A stretch of 64,000 bases of DNA, taken from positions 64,001 through 128,000 of the forward strand of contig JAJYUZ010000002.1 in NCBI GenBank assembly GCA_021792255.1, written 5' to 3'. Shown one piece after another: positions 27,919 to 37,887 of the stretch; within the stretch, counting starts at the first letter, position 1; each line of letters starts with the position of its first letter. The notes beneath the pieces were generated by a model. That model did no database searches. It saw nothing but the letters and a program-made list of their open reading frames with translations, and was not told the origin of the DNA. The stretch comes from Thermoplasmata archaeon (lineage in GTDB: Archaea; Thermoplasmatota; Thermoplasmata; Thermoplasmatales; GCA-001856825). Made by a program: the position numbers and the translations under genes.

Positions 27919-28854
27919 ATGTACTGTAGAAAGTGCGGTGCCCAAATCCCAGACGATTCTGAGTTCTGCCCTAAGTGCGGAACGGCTCAACAGGGAGCGG
28001 CTGGTGCACCCCCGACTCAGGGAGGAGCCAGTACTAGTACTAAGGATCAGGCTGAAATTTTGAAGGAAATGAAGTGCCCAAACTGCGGAGCACCTCTTAA
28101 TCCCGCCTCTGGGGAGGCAATGGTAGTCTGCGGCTACTGTGGTACCTCAGTTTCTCTTGGCTCCCTTGGCTGGACAAAAGTGCAGAAGCACTTCATTCTC
28201 GATGTCAAAGTTCAGATGAAAGATCAGGCAGAACTTGTTGCCAAGGCATTCCTCGACAGCAGCATATTTCACAGGCATCTCTTCGAAAAGAGCGAACTGA
28301 AAAAAATGGAACTGAACTACCTACCGTACTGGATTATGGATGCTGGATATTCCGCGGAATACAGATACAAAAGAGAACAGGTGAATCCAGGAGGATTTGT
28401 CGCTGTCGGAATGGGAGGAAGAGGGGGATTTGGAGGTCCCACGGTCAACGTTCAGACGATCGTGGAATCGGGATCGGACGTAAACGAAGTCAACTACCCC
28501 ATCATAGCCTCTGAAGATCTCAACCAATACCAGCCTCCAGATTACGTGTTCAACCTTTCCAACAAGAGACCAATCGGACAGGACGATCTAAATGGTCCAA
28601 TCAAACTCATGAATGGGACCATCGGAGAAGAGAAAGCCAGACTGGATGGAAATATCAGAATCCAGCAGTGGGAGATCAGGAGACTACAGAAAAGCGTCCA
28701 CGGTTTCATGTCTGCAAACGTCAAAGTCGATATCGCGGATACGTATCTCGTTCACATTCCTGTGTGGTCGCTCCAATTCCAACACAAGAAAGATTCCATA
28801 TTCCTTCTAATTGACGCTCACAATTCCAGGGTCATGGAGGAAACGAAACAATAG
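27919..28854 (+). CDS. Zinc-ribbon protein (YdjG-like)
   Basis: CRKCG...FCPKCG, CPNCGAPL...CGYCG, YLPYW, LVHIPVW, IDAHNSRV. Confidence 0.82.
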   Translation: MYCRKCGAQIPDDSEFCPKCGTAQQGAAGAPPTQGGASTSTKDQAEILKEMKCPNCGAPLNPASGEAMVVCGYCGTSVSLGSLGWTKVQKHFILDVKVQMKDQAELVAKAFLDSSIFHRHLFEKSELKKMELNYLPYWIMDAGYSAEYRYKREQVNPGGFVAVGMGGRGGFGGPTVNVQTIVESGSDVNEVNYPIIASEDLNQYQPPDYVFNLSNKRPIGQDDLNGPIKLMNGTIGEEKARLDGNIRIQQWEIRRLQKSVHGFMSANVKVDIADTYLVHIPVWSLQFQHKKDSIFLLIDAHNSRVMEETKQ

Positions 28855-29025
28855 AAGGATCAGATATTTTTCTATCACGTGACTCTTTGATGTTTCTCCA
28901 TTCTGACTGAAGGTTGTCTCTGAAACTTCCTTGCTTGGGCCTCATTCTCTGATGGAAATATCCTGACTGGTCTAAGAAGCAATGGATAAGCCACAATCTT
29001 TTTTTTGTATGGTAAATTGTCAATT

Positions 29026-30654
29026 ATGACAGTACGGTTTATAGTAGATTTATCTGAAGCTCACTCGGGAATTCTGAAAGTACACATGGAATTTCCTTCT
29101 TCAGGAAAAGAAGAGATAGTGATGCCTGTGTGGGCTCCCGGCTCATATCTGGTGAGAGACTTTTCTAGACACGTTTCGAACCTAACGTCAAGTGGGAAGA
29201 TCCTGCAGTTGTCAAAAAATAGGTGGTCTGTAATCTCCAAGGGCCAAACTGCGATAGTTGACTATGAAGTTTACTGCGATGAATTAACGGTGGAGACTTC
29301 GTACTCTGATAAGTCCTTTGTTTTGATCAACGGAACCAGCTTATTCTTCTACCCGGAAGGAAAAAAGGATTGTGAGTATGAAGTCAAATTCAGGAATCAC
29401 GGGAAATGGAAAATAGCCACGGGACTGTACGAAAAGAAAGGCGCATACTCCGCGGAGGATTATGATCATCTCGTCGACTGTCCGTTTCTGATTGGTGAAA
29501 TCCAGTTGATGGAATTCACTGTCATGAACAAGAAGCATCGCATTGCCTGGCAGGGTCGTATGAACAGAGACAAAAGCGTGATCACAGAAGATTTCAAGAA
29601 GATAGTAGAAGCAGAGGGTAAGATGTTCGGAAAGCTTCCATACGATAGTTACACATTCTTGATAGTGACCGTTCCCGATGAATTCTACGGGGGTCTAGAG
29701 CACAAGAACAGCACTACGATTCTCTGTCCTGACTACAAGCTATTGGATGACTATGATTACAAAGTATTTTTGAGCACAGTTTCTCACGAATTCTTCCATA
29801 CTTGGAATGTCAAGAGGATTAGGCCAAAAGAACTGGGACCATTCGACTACACCAAGGAAGTGTATACAAATCTCCTCTGGCTCAGCGAAGGATTCACTTC
29901 ATACTACGAGTGGGTGATACTGTGGAGAGCTGGTATAGTCAAGGAAGACGAGTACATGGAACACATTTCAAGGATGATTGACTACTACAACCTCCAACCG
30001 GGGCACACGCTCCCAGCAGATTCCGCCTCTTTCAACACCTGGATCAAGCTTTACAAGCCAGATGGTAACTCCTTCAACAGCTACATATCCTACTACCTGA
30101 AAGGTGAGTTGATAGCGTTCGCCTTGAACAGCAAAATTATCAAGGCAACCGGCGGGGAAAAATCTCTGGACGATGCATTTAGGGGTCTCTTCGCGAGCTT
30201 TAACAAGAATGGCAAGGGGATTGAAAAGAAGGATCTGATAGAGCAAGTGAAGAATCTGATAGGCGATGGGGCAGAGAAGATAGTTCGCAAGTTGACTGAG
30301 ACTACGAACGAAATCAAGTTCGATCAGTACCTTAAGGACATGGGGTACAGGGTCAGTCACAAGTTTGCCGACAAGAAGACTGGTTCGAAGGGATTTCTGG
30401 GAATGATGGTCAGCTCAGAAGGCGGCAAGGTCATAGCAAAAATTGTGATGAAGGGATATCCAGCTTACCAGGCCGGAGTACTTCCCGGGGATGAGTTAGT
30501 TGCAGTCAATGGTCAAAGGTTTACCGACACATTTACTAGAGTGATTTTAAAAGAATTTTCGTCTCGAAAGGTAGACAGTATAAAGAGCGCCAGACCTGGC
30601 GACGAGATAGACCTGTTTGTGTTCAGGAAGCAAAATCTACCAACTTCAAGATGA
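29026..30654 (+). CDS. M61-family (glycyl) aminopeptidase with C-terminal PDZ; probable frameshift near 30639 (true end 30734)
   Basis: MPVWAPGSY, GGLEH, HEFFHTWN, WLSEGFTSYY, YYLKG, PAYQAGVLPGDELVAVNG. Confidence 0.92.
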   Translation: MTVRFIVDLSEAHSGILKVHMEFPSSGKEEIVMPVWAPGSYLVRDFSRHVSNLTSSGKILQLSKNRWSVISKGQTAIVDYEVYCDELTVETSYSDKSFVLINGTSLFFYPEGKKDCEYEVKFRNHGKWKIATGLYEKKGAYSAEDYDHLVDCPFLIGEIQLMEFTVMNKKHRIAWQGRMNRDKSVITEDFKKIVEAEGKMFGKLPYDSYTFLIVTVPDEFYGGLEHKNSTTILCPDYKLLDDYDYKVFLSTVSHEFFHTWNVKRIRPKELGPFDYTKEVYTNLLWLSEGFTSYYEWVILWRAGIVKEDEYMEHISRMIDYYNLQPGHTLPADSASFNTWIKLYKPDGNSFNSYISYYLKGELIAFALNSKIIKATGGEKSLDDAFRGLFASFNKNGKGIEKKDLIEQVKNLIGDGAEKIVRKLTETTNEIKFDQYLKDMGYRVSHKFADKKTGSKGFLGMMVSSEGGKVIAKIVMKGYPAYQAGVLPGDELVAVNGQRFTDTFTRVILKEFSSRKVDSIKSARPGDEIDLFVFRKQNLPTSR

Positions 30655-30725
30655 AAGCTACGGTAGAACCAACAAAAACTGAGGTATCCAAAGACAAGAA
30701 TACGAAGGTCAAAAACAAGATGCTG

Positions 30726-31403
30726 TCAGGTTAGTGATTTCTCCTTAATCTCCAGCAGAACATCGATCAGCTCCTTCCTAGAGAGGCGTCCCGTATTAAC
30801 GTTCCTGGGACTGGGATGGTACGATCCGTAAAACCAGATATTTCCAACGGCATATCCAGTCCCGTGCTTGAACTGCAGCATTGAAACATCGAAACCCTTG
30901 CTCTTAAGATATCCTTTGAATGAATCAAATGCAATTCTTCCTAGGGCAAGTACTACCCTCAAATCGTTCATCGATTCAAACTCGAATTCACGGTAATCTC
31001 TGCAGTTCTCTAGCTCTTCTTTGGAGGGCTTGTCACCTGGTGGAACGCACTTGAGAACTGGTGTCAGGTAAAGATCGTCGAGCCGGAGTCCATCGTTCTT
31101 TGACACCGAATCGGGTTTGTTTGATAGACCGACCTCGTATAGGCACGAGAATAGGAAGGAAGCACTCTTGTCACCAGTGAAAACTCTACCAGTTCTGTTC
31201 CCGCCTGTAGCAGCAGGAGCCAGTCCAAGTACCAGTAGTTTGGAACGAATGTTTCCGAATCCGGGAACGGGTTTGCTCCAGAACTCCTCTCCCACGAATC
31301 TCGACCCTCTATTGGCGACTTCGGCTCTGAACTTGACTATTCTGGGGCACCTAGAGCAGTCTATCATCGTCGAATTCATTTCTTCGATCGATTTGAATTT
31401 CAT
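30726..31403 (-). CDS. Uracil-DNA glycosylase family 5 (UdgB-like, Fe-S)
   Basis: CSRCPR, PVPGFG, GLAPAATGGNRTGRVFTGD, KCVPP, YHPSPRN. Confidence 0.93.
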   Translation of the reverse strand: MKFKSIEEMNSTMIDCSRCPRIVKFRAEVANRGSRFVGEEFWSKPVPGFGNIRSKLLVLGLAPAATGGNRTGRVFTGDKSASFLFSCLYEVGLSNKPDSVSKNDGLRLDDLYLTPVLKCVPPGDKPSKEELENCRDYREFEFESMNDLRVVLALGRIAFDSFKGYLKSKGFDVSMLQFKHGTGYAVGNIWFYGSYHPSPRNVNTGRLSRKELIDVLLEIKEKSLT

Positions 31404-32149
31404 AATACCTTCCTGAACATCTCTTTGCGGTTCTTCAGAAGATCTGATAAGAGTTTTTTCATCTGTGCTGGAGAATCCAGTCTGAATCTAGCAGTACTCT
31501 TTCCATCTCCTATCTTAATCGTCACGTGACGACTCAACTCTCTAAAAGCCTCCTCGTCTGTCCTATCATCACCGGCAAAGAGTATGGAATCCCTATCACT
31601 CACATGACTTAAGATTGCCTTCCCTTTGTCCATTCCCTCTATTCTTAGCTCATACACATATTTGCCAGTATACATCTCAAAACCATCTTCCCTAATCTTG
31701 GAAATAACCCCTTCAAGTCCTTTTACGAGTATCCTGTCCACGTTATAGTAGTGAAACTGAAGTCCGCCTTTCTTGTCTATTACTCTCAACCCGGGAAACT
31801 CTCTTTCGAGATGAGAATACTTTGATGCAAGCTGTGCAGTCTTCTTCTCACAGGTCTCAAAATTTTCTACAAACCATTTTTGGCCGTTTTCGCCTATGAA
31901 CTGAGAACCGTGCATCGCTATTATGTTAAACCCTCTTCCAACAAACGAAATTATGCCATCAAGATCTCTCCCGGTAACTAAGAAAAGAGGGATTTCGGCC
32001 TTCAAATCGTTAAGAAGATCCAACAATTTTTGATCAGGTTTGGCATTCTCTGGCTGGGAAGTAAGGTCTACGAGAGTACCATCATAATCGAGAAACACTT
32101 TGGTGAGCCCCATTCTTTCCTTTACTGCATTCTCTATTTCATCAAACAT
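31400..32149 (-). CDS. otsB: Trehalose-6-phosphate phosphatase (HAD IIB)
   Basis: LDYDGTL, VTGR, MHG, HY, GKYVYE, DKGKA, GDDRTDEEAF. Confidence 0.92.
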   Translation of the reverse strand: MFDEIENAVKERMGLTKVFLDYDGTLVDLTSQPENAKPDQKLLDLLNDLKAEIPLFLVTGRDLDGIISFVGRGFNIIAMHGSQFIGENGQKWFVENFETCEKKTAQLASKYSHLEREFPGLRVIDKKGGLQFHYYNVDRILVKGLEGVISKIREDGFEMYTGKYVYELRIEGMDKGKAILSHVSDRDSILFAGDDRTDEEAFRELSRHVTIKIGDGKSTARFRLDSPAQMKKLLSDLLKNRKEMFRKVL

Positions 32150-32262
32150 AAGAGCGTCCCTACAGTGCGTTTCAAATGGCAGATTGCTGAAGAACTAATC
32201 TAATTTTCTCTCATATTCGAGATGACCCGTCAAAAATTCGGAAATGCAGATCGGCTCTGGTC

Positions 32263-33777
32263 TCACTCTTGTTTCTGAAAACTGTCGAAGGTCGTCTGCC
32301 CGTTCTTCTTGCCATCCCTAAGAATGTTCTTCATCTTTTTCTCTTTCCTTCCGGCAGAATAGTAATAAGAAAAGTCTCTGGTATTTTCCATAGTTAGAAC
32401 GTACACTTTTCCCTTGCCGAATCTTCCAGTCCTCCCTCTCCTCTGTATTGATCTCACTTCGCTCGCAACGGGTTCGTAGAAAATCACAGTGTCCGCAGAA
32501 GGTACATCAAGCCCCTCCTCACCCACCTGGGTTGCGACTAGAACCTTAACCTGTCCCTCCCTGAACTGCTGTAATATAGAGACCTGCTCCTTCTGGTTCA
32601 TACCTTTGCTATCTTTTCTCGAACTCTGTCCGATAAATTTCTCGCACGAGAATCCCTCCTTTTTTAGAGTATCAGAGAGTATGTTCGCGGTGATTCTGTA
32701 ATGGCAGAACACTATGGCTTTTTCGTAGTTTCTGTCTCTCAGTATCTCGATTATCTTTGAAATCTTCGGTGTCTGAACTTCGAGAGGTTGAAGCGATAGC
32801 TTTTCTGCCTTCTTCTCTATCAGTAACATCCTGCTATCGCTGACGATTTTTTTTGCTTTGCTCTTTTCATTCTTCATATCTTGCAGGTAGGCATAAAAGG
32901 GAAGCACTCCCTGTGTTTCGGCAAACTCTAGGAGATAATCTATGATAATAGCATACGTTCTGAATCTGACTGCAGAGTAGAAGTACTTGTTGCCCCTCTT
33001 TATCTGACTAAAAATAAAATCCCCCAGGTTTATGAGCTCCTTCCTAGAATGTCCCTGAATCCGCAGAGAAAATGATTCCAGCTTTTTTATCATCTCATCA
33101 AGCATTTCCTTGAGAATTTCTATTATTTCAACGACTCCAGGTGGAGTCGGAATTTTCACCTGCTCTACGTCAATACCTTTTATGTATGATATGACGTCTG
33201 GTGAATTTTCGTCCCTGATTTCAAGCTCGACTATTCTGAGATTCTTGATTATCTGATCTATTTTGGCACGATCTCCACCGGGGGAAGCCGTAGTGGCAAT
33301 TATTCTGGAATCCGCGAAGACGTTCGCAACTTCTACATACGAGTAATTTCCAATGGCCCTATGAGCTTCGTCGAAGATTACCACTCTCACCTCATTCTTG
33401 ATGTCATAAAAGAGTGAAGAGTCGTTGTTTATGACCTGGGGGGTGGACACTATCACCCTTGCGCTGTGATACAGGTTTTTTCTCACAGATTTCTTAATTT
33501 CGCCAGTCACTTCGACTATAGACTCCTCCGGCAGGTTGATGAATTTCCTGATGTTCGCAGCGTGTTGATGAACGAGTGGCCTGGTGGGAGCCAAAAAGAT
33601 GCATTTCCCTCCATCTTCAATCAGCATTGAGAGAGCGATTATCGCAATAATCGTCTTTCCGAGGGCTGTAGGTATAACTATAAGTGTATTTTTTTCAACT
33701 GCTTTAAGCGCAATGTTGTCTTGATATTCTCTGAACTCGATTAGGTCGTCCCTAAGCAGCTCAGAATACTTGGGCAC
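32263..33777 (-). CDS. Hef/FANCM(Mph1)-like DEAH helicase lacking the ERCC4 nuclease domain
   Basis: FREYQ, PTALGKT, APTRPLVHQH, DEAHRAIGNY, TASPG, GEEGLDVP, QRRGRTGR. Confidence 0.9.
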   Translation of the reverse strand: MPKYSELLRDDLIEFREYQDNIALKAVEKNTLIVIPTALGKTIIAIIALSMLIEDGGKCIFLAPTRPLVHQHAANIRKFINLPEESIVEVTGEIKKSVRKNLYHSARVIVSTPQVINNDSSLFYDIKNEVRVVIFDEAHRAIGNYSYVEVANVFADSRIIATTASPGGDRAKIDQIIKNLRIVELEIRDENSPDVISYIKGIDVEQVKIPTPPGVVEIIEILKEMLDEMIKKLESFSLRIQGHSRKELINLGDFIFSQIKRGNKYFYSAVRFRTYAIIIDYLLEFAETQGVLPFYAYLQDMKNEKSKAKKIVSDSRMLLIEKKAEKLSLQPLEVQTPKISKIIEILRDRNYEKAIVFCHYRITANILSDTLKKEGFSCEKFIGQSSRKDSKGMNQKEQVSILQQFREGQVKVLVATQVGEEGLDVPSADTVIFYEPVASEVRSIQRRGRTGRFGKGKVYVLTMENTRDFSYYYSAGRKEKKMKNILRDGKKNGQTTFDSFQKQE

Positions 33778-33897
33778 AATGGATAATGCCTGATTGGCTT
33801 TAACTTTAGTGCAATTCTAGTCTTACGGAAAAATGAAGGCTTTTGTTCATTCAAGAAGACGGGCAGTTATTACTCAAATCAGGAAAATTCAAAGTTC

Positions 33898-35238
33898 TTA
33901 TTTGACGTCGGTTTTAAAGTAGTCTTCAATCCTCTTTTTAATACCCTCAACTGTCGATCTCCCCTGGTCAGTTTTGAAATAAAAATGACCGACTCTCCTC
34001 TTTAGCACGTCATCCACAGTCAGGGCGCACTCATTCCTAAGGGCCGAGTCTATTTCATCACCTTCCCTTTTATAAAGAATTAATGGAAGACCGTCAACCT
34101 TCAAGTCGACATTCAGTATTCTGCCAAGCCGCCTAGCTATCTTTCTGGCCGCATTTCTATAATTCGTTATCTTGACTCCCATCACCGTGACCATCCTTCC
34201 AGTCACATCGACGTAAAAGTCCCTGGTCACTCTTCCGGGATCTGAACCCTTTCCATATAGTGGTCTTATTCCTACGTACTCCCCTACGACATCCTCAGAA
34301 GTAAGTGAAGGAAATATTTTCCTGGCTGAATTTAGAATATATTCCCTTTCCTCGTTCTTTACGGTGAGACTGTCTGGTCTCTCGGTGAAGTCATCAGTCG
34401 TTCCAATCAATACGACCTCTCCCCTCGGAATGACGAACATCTGTCTACCGTCGAGGTGAGATCTGAAAACTACTGCATTGTCCAGAGATAGTTTGTCCTT
34501 TCTCACGATGATATGAGCTCCTCTAGTGAGCTGCAGGTTGTTGATCCTTTCGGAAGTGTAGGATCCATAGATCTCATTAACCCATGGCCCGGTAGCGTTC
34601 AAAACTATTTTCCCGCTCACCGAATATTCGCCCATATCAAATTTATCCTTAAGGGTGATTTCAACTCCTTTTTCAGTGTCTTTGATTCTGGTCGCTTCGA
34701 GATAATTTATAGCAGTTCCTCCCAGCTTGACGAATGTAGCTACATTGTAAACAACCAGAAGTGCATCGTCTGTGGCAGCATCTTCGTACGTAAAGTGTCC
34801 AGAGTAACCATCGTAAGAGTACTTCCCCTTTATAAAATTAGGAAGTCTGAATTTCCCCCCAAGGATGTTGTAGAGTAACAGCCCCATATACAAGGTCTTC
34901 TTTCCCCAAGAATCGACATCAATTAGGATATCAAATTTCATTGGCTGGACTATGTCAACGTTTCTGACGAGGTAATTACGCTCCTTTAGAAGTTCTCTGG
35001 TCAAAAGCAGGTGTCCCTGGGCAAGATATCTCAGTCCTCCGTGTATAAGCTTGGACGAGTTGCTGCTCGTGCCCGAAGCGAAGTCTCCTTTATCGACTAG
35101 CAAAACCTTGACCTTATTGGAACTCAATAAGCTTGCAATTCCGGCCCCCGCTATCCCTCCTCCAACAATGACAACGTCGAAAAAGCTTCCATTGAGTTTT
35201 TCCAGATCACGTTTCCTTGTGAAATAAGAAAACTCCAT
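33898..35238 (-). CDS. glpD: FAD-dependent glycerol-3-phosphate dehydrogenase/oxidase
   Basis: GGGIAG, DFASGTSSNSSKLIHGGLRYL, NATGPW, GTTD, GIRPL, DVLKRR. Confidence 0.92.
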   Translation of the reverse strand: MEFSYFTRKRDLEKLNGSFFDVVIVGGGIAGAGIASLLSSNKVKVLLVDKGDFASGTSSNSSKLIHGGLRYLAQGHLLLTRELLKERNYLVRNVDIVQPMKFDILIDVDSWGKKTLYMGLLLYNILGGKFRLPNFIKGKYSYDGYSGHFTYEDAATDDALLVVYNVATFVKLGGTAINYLEATRIKDTEKGVEITLKDKFDMGEYSVSGKIVLNATGPWVNEIYGSYTSERINNLQLTRGAHIIVRKDKLSLDNAVVFRSHLDGRQMFVIPRGEVVLIGTTDDFTERPDSLTVKNEEREYILNSARKIFPSLTSEDVVGEYVGIRPLYGKGSDPGRVTRDFYVDVTGRMVTVMGVKITNYRNAARKIARRLGRILNVDLKVDGLPLILYKREGDEIDSALRNECALTVDDVLKRRVGHFYFKTDQGRSTVEGIKKRIEDYFKTDVK

Positions 35239-35440
35239 CGGGCAAAACAGTGCTTCCATCGTAATAATCCATTCTATCATCGATTCGCGTACCGATAGCT
35301 TAACTCAGGGTGCGATGTGCACAATCTAGAACGTTCAACAATGCAATTGCTACTCTCAGAGAATGAGAGACGGTTTCTGGATTTATTAAATTATCTTTAT
35401 TTATAATAAGTTTAATTATATTGATAGAATACTCCGACCA

Positions 35441-36673
35441 GTGCTATTGATTTATCGCTACGTAATCTTGGTATCAATACTCACAACGATAATCTATTTT
35501 ATATATTATGCACTAAATACATATTACTTGATGAAGCACAGGTCCGAGCCAGAAAGAAGCGAAGCATTGACCAAGGATGACGTCACAGTATTGGTCCCCG
35601 TATTCAAAGAAAAAGTGGAAGTCTTTGACAGGGTCATTCAAAGAATAGTCGCGCAGGGCACTAGATTTGTGGTAGTCGGAGACTCGAGCGACGAACCGTA
35701 CAGATCCATAGTCGAGAAGAACGGTGGAATTTTCATCCTCCTGAAAGAGAGAAAGGGGAAGAGAATAGCAATTTCGGAGGGGATGAAGTATGTGGATACT
35801 AGGTTTGTACTCTTTGTGGACAGCGACACTGTGATACCTGTCGACACCGTTTGGAAGATGTTGAAGTATTTCAGGGAGAACGTTGGCGGAGTGGGGGCTA
35901 ACGTATCAATGAGAAGAACAGAAAATGGCGCATCTTATGGTGCTGAATTCCTAGAAAGGACTAGGGAGATAATTCTCAAGGCGATGTCAGCCCGAGGGGG
36001 TAGCGTAATGGTGATAGATGGAAAGTGCGCGATGTACAGGACATCCATCGTGAAACCTCTCCTCCAATCGGATAAATTCCGGAATTACAAAGTCGCTGGG
36101 AAAATAGCGATAATGGGCGATGACCAGCAATTAAGCGCGTACACGATCAAGAAGGGATACAAGGCTACTAAGTGCTTTGAAGTGACCGTCGAGACGGAAC
36201 CTCCTGAAAATTTCAAACAGCTCACCAAGCAGAGCATAAGGTGGGCTAGGAGTTCCTACTATTACTTTTTCAAGAACTTGTCTGATGGGACTGCAGTTAA
36301 GGCGGGGGGATTCTATACATTCGAAGCGGTCAGTACTTTTGCCCTTCCTATACTTACTATGGGACTTGGACTTTTCAGATTTTACTACGATCTACATGCT
36401 TTGGGCATATTTGCGGGAAATAGTCTCAATACGATAGTTAACTCAATCACGACTCTCTCAATCCTGACGGACGGCAGACTCCTGATTCATCCGATTCTAG
36501 CTTTACTGAGCTTGCCGGGTCCCTTGATCTTTGGCTCGGCCATTCTGATGACTCTCAGAAGAGAAAAACTGCGAACATTTGCATACGGTGGGCTTGCTCT
36601 TCTCATAATTTTCTTCACCTCTATATATGGTTTCTTGACCTGTTGGAAACAATCTAGCTGGATGACCAGATAG
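35441..36673 (+). CDS. Processive GT2 membrane glycosyltransferase, class I hyaluronan synthase/NodC-like
   Basis: GKRIA, FVDSD, IDGKCAMYR, GDD, QSIRW (QxxRW), C-terminal WMTR; N-terminal TM and about 3 C-terminal TMs. Confidence 0.85.
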   Translation: MLLIYRYVILVSILTTIIYFIYYALNTYYLMKHRSEPERSEALTKDDVTVLVPVFKEKVEVFDRVIQRIVAQGTRFVVVGDSSDEPYRSIVEKNGGIFILLKERKGKRIAISEGMKYVDTRFVLFVDSDTVIPVDTVWKMLKYFRENVGGVGANVSMRRTENGASYGAEFLERTREIILKAMSARGGSVMVIDGKCAMYRTSIVKPLLQSDKFRNYKVAGKIAIMGDDQQLSAYTIKKGYKATKCFEVTVETEPPENFKQLTKQSIRWARSSYYYFFKNLSDGTAVKAGGFYTFEAVSTFALPILTMGLGLFRFYYDLHALGIFAGNSLNTIVNSITTLSILTDGRLLIHPILALLSLPGPLIFGSAILMTLRREKLRTFAYGGLALLIIFFTSIYGFLTCWKQSSWMTR

Positions 36674-36730
36674 GTCTCCAGATTCTTGGGGGACCCAGTC
36701 AATCCTTGAAAACTTGCAGCTTTCTTAGCA

Positions 36731-36745
36731 GATTTGGACCAAATC
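36731..36745. repeat. Perfect 7-bp inverted repeat between convergent genes
   Basis: GATTTGG-A-CCAAATC. Confidence 0.5.
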
Positions 36746-36784
36746 AAACGCATCAAAATGGAGGCGAGGAGCTACCCTTCAAGT

Positions 36785-37777
36785 TCAGGTGGTTACTGAT
36801 CTTGCCCCCATGTTGTCGAAGGAAATGCGAGTGACGAAATCGGAATATTCCATCATTTTCCTCTGTATTTTCCAGAGGTTCTTGTGGTTCCCTATTATCA
36901 GAATGAATCCCTCAGACCCTCCTCCCATTAGTCTGGCTGCTCCAGCTCCACTCTCTAAGGCTGCTCTTATGAGAGCGTCGACCTTTGAATTCGTAATGTT
37001 CTTTGCTAGCCCTTTCTTGAGCTCCCAGCCGCTGTTAACAAGATTGACAAATCTATCGAAGCTATTTTCTTCGATGGCTTCTCTCGCTTCCTCTGTATTC
37101 TTCTTAATTTCCAACAGACGTCCAATAAGTTCATTCGAGCCATTCTTCAACTTACTCACTTCTTCCTGCAACTCGTTGGAGCTGTTGTGTGAAGAACCAG
37201 TAAAGACCATCAGAGTAGATTTTTCGAGCAGTTTGACAAATGGACTTTCGTGATCAAACACCTCCATCTTGTAATTGTCTCCTGAGAATTCCATGTATTT
37301 CATCCCGCCGAATGAGACTGCGAAAGGATCCTGTTTTCCCAGAGTTGCACCGAAGAAATTCTTCTCAACCTCGTACGTTTCTTTGGCCAGGCTCGCTTTG
37401 GTTACTTCCTCTCCGTTGAGGATCTTTAAAATGTGAAGCAGACCGAGAACGAGAGCACTCGAGGAACCTAGGCCGGTTCCTGGAGGTACGTCTCCAGATA
37501 TATTCAATCTACCTTTGACAATTCCTCTTTCTTTGAACAACATCGTGACTCCCTCAAGGAAATTGTTGTGGATCTGGTTGGAGAAACTCCAGCTCTTAAG
37601 AAGATCTCTGGAAGAGATTTCGAGAGGTTGTCCATCGTCCACATAGCTAAGTCTGATCCCTTTGTCTATCGTAGTGTTGATGACGCATCCTCCGAACATC
37701 TCTGGAAATGGTGAAACGTCAGTGCCCCCTCCGCTAAAACTTACTCGGTACGGGCACACTACAGAAATCCTCTTCAT
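36785..37777 (-). CDS. GHMP sugar kinase, HddA (heptose-7-phosphate 1-kinase)-like
   Basis: PYRVSFSGGGTD, PPGTGLGSSS, GKQD, FGG, RLMGGG. Confidence 0.85.
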   Translation of the reverse strand: MKRISVVCPYRVSFSGGGTDVSPFPEMFGGCVINTTIDKGIRLSYVDDGQPLEISSRDLLKSWSFSNQIHNNFLEGVTMLFKERGIVKGRLNISGDVPPGTGLGSSSALVLGLLHILKILNGEEVTKASLAKETYEVEKNFFGATLGKQDPFAVSFGGMKYMEFSGDNYKMEVFDHESPFVKLLEKSTLMVFTGSSHNSSNELQEEVSKLKNGSNELIGRLLEIKKNTEEAREAIEENSFDRFVNLVNSGWELKKGLAKNITNSKVDALIRAALESGAGAARLMGGGSEGFILIIGNHKNLWKIQRKMMEYSDFVTRISFDNMGARSVTT

Positions 37778-37887
37778 TATACGTAACTGAAGGAAACGAT
37801 TGCTAATAATAGTGCTGTCAAAACGATGCTTTAGGGGAAACAGAATCTTCACGCACTAAGGATTGAGATTAAATTAAAATCACTCAA

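Noticed and set aside
27684-28145. Repeated TG(C/T)CC...TG(C/T)GG nucleotide motifs
   Set aside because: They encode CPxCG zinc ribbons and are not a CRISPR or DNA repeat array
28887-28923. Possible C/D box sRNA (TTGATGT...CTGA...CTGA)
   Set aside because: C and C' boxes are degenerate and the guide segments too short
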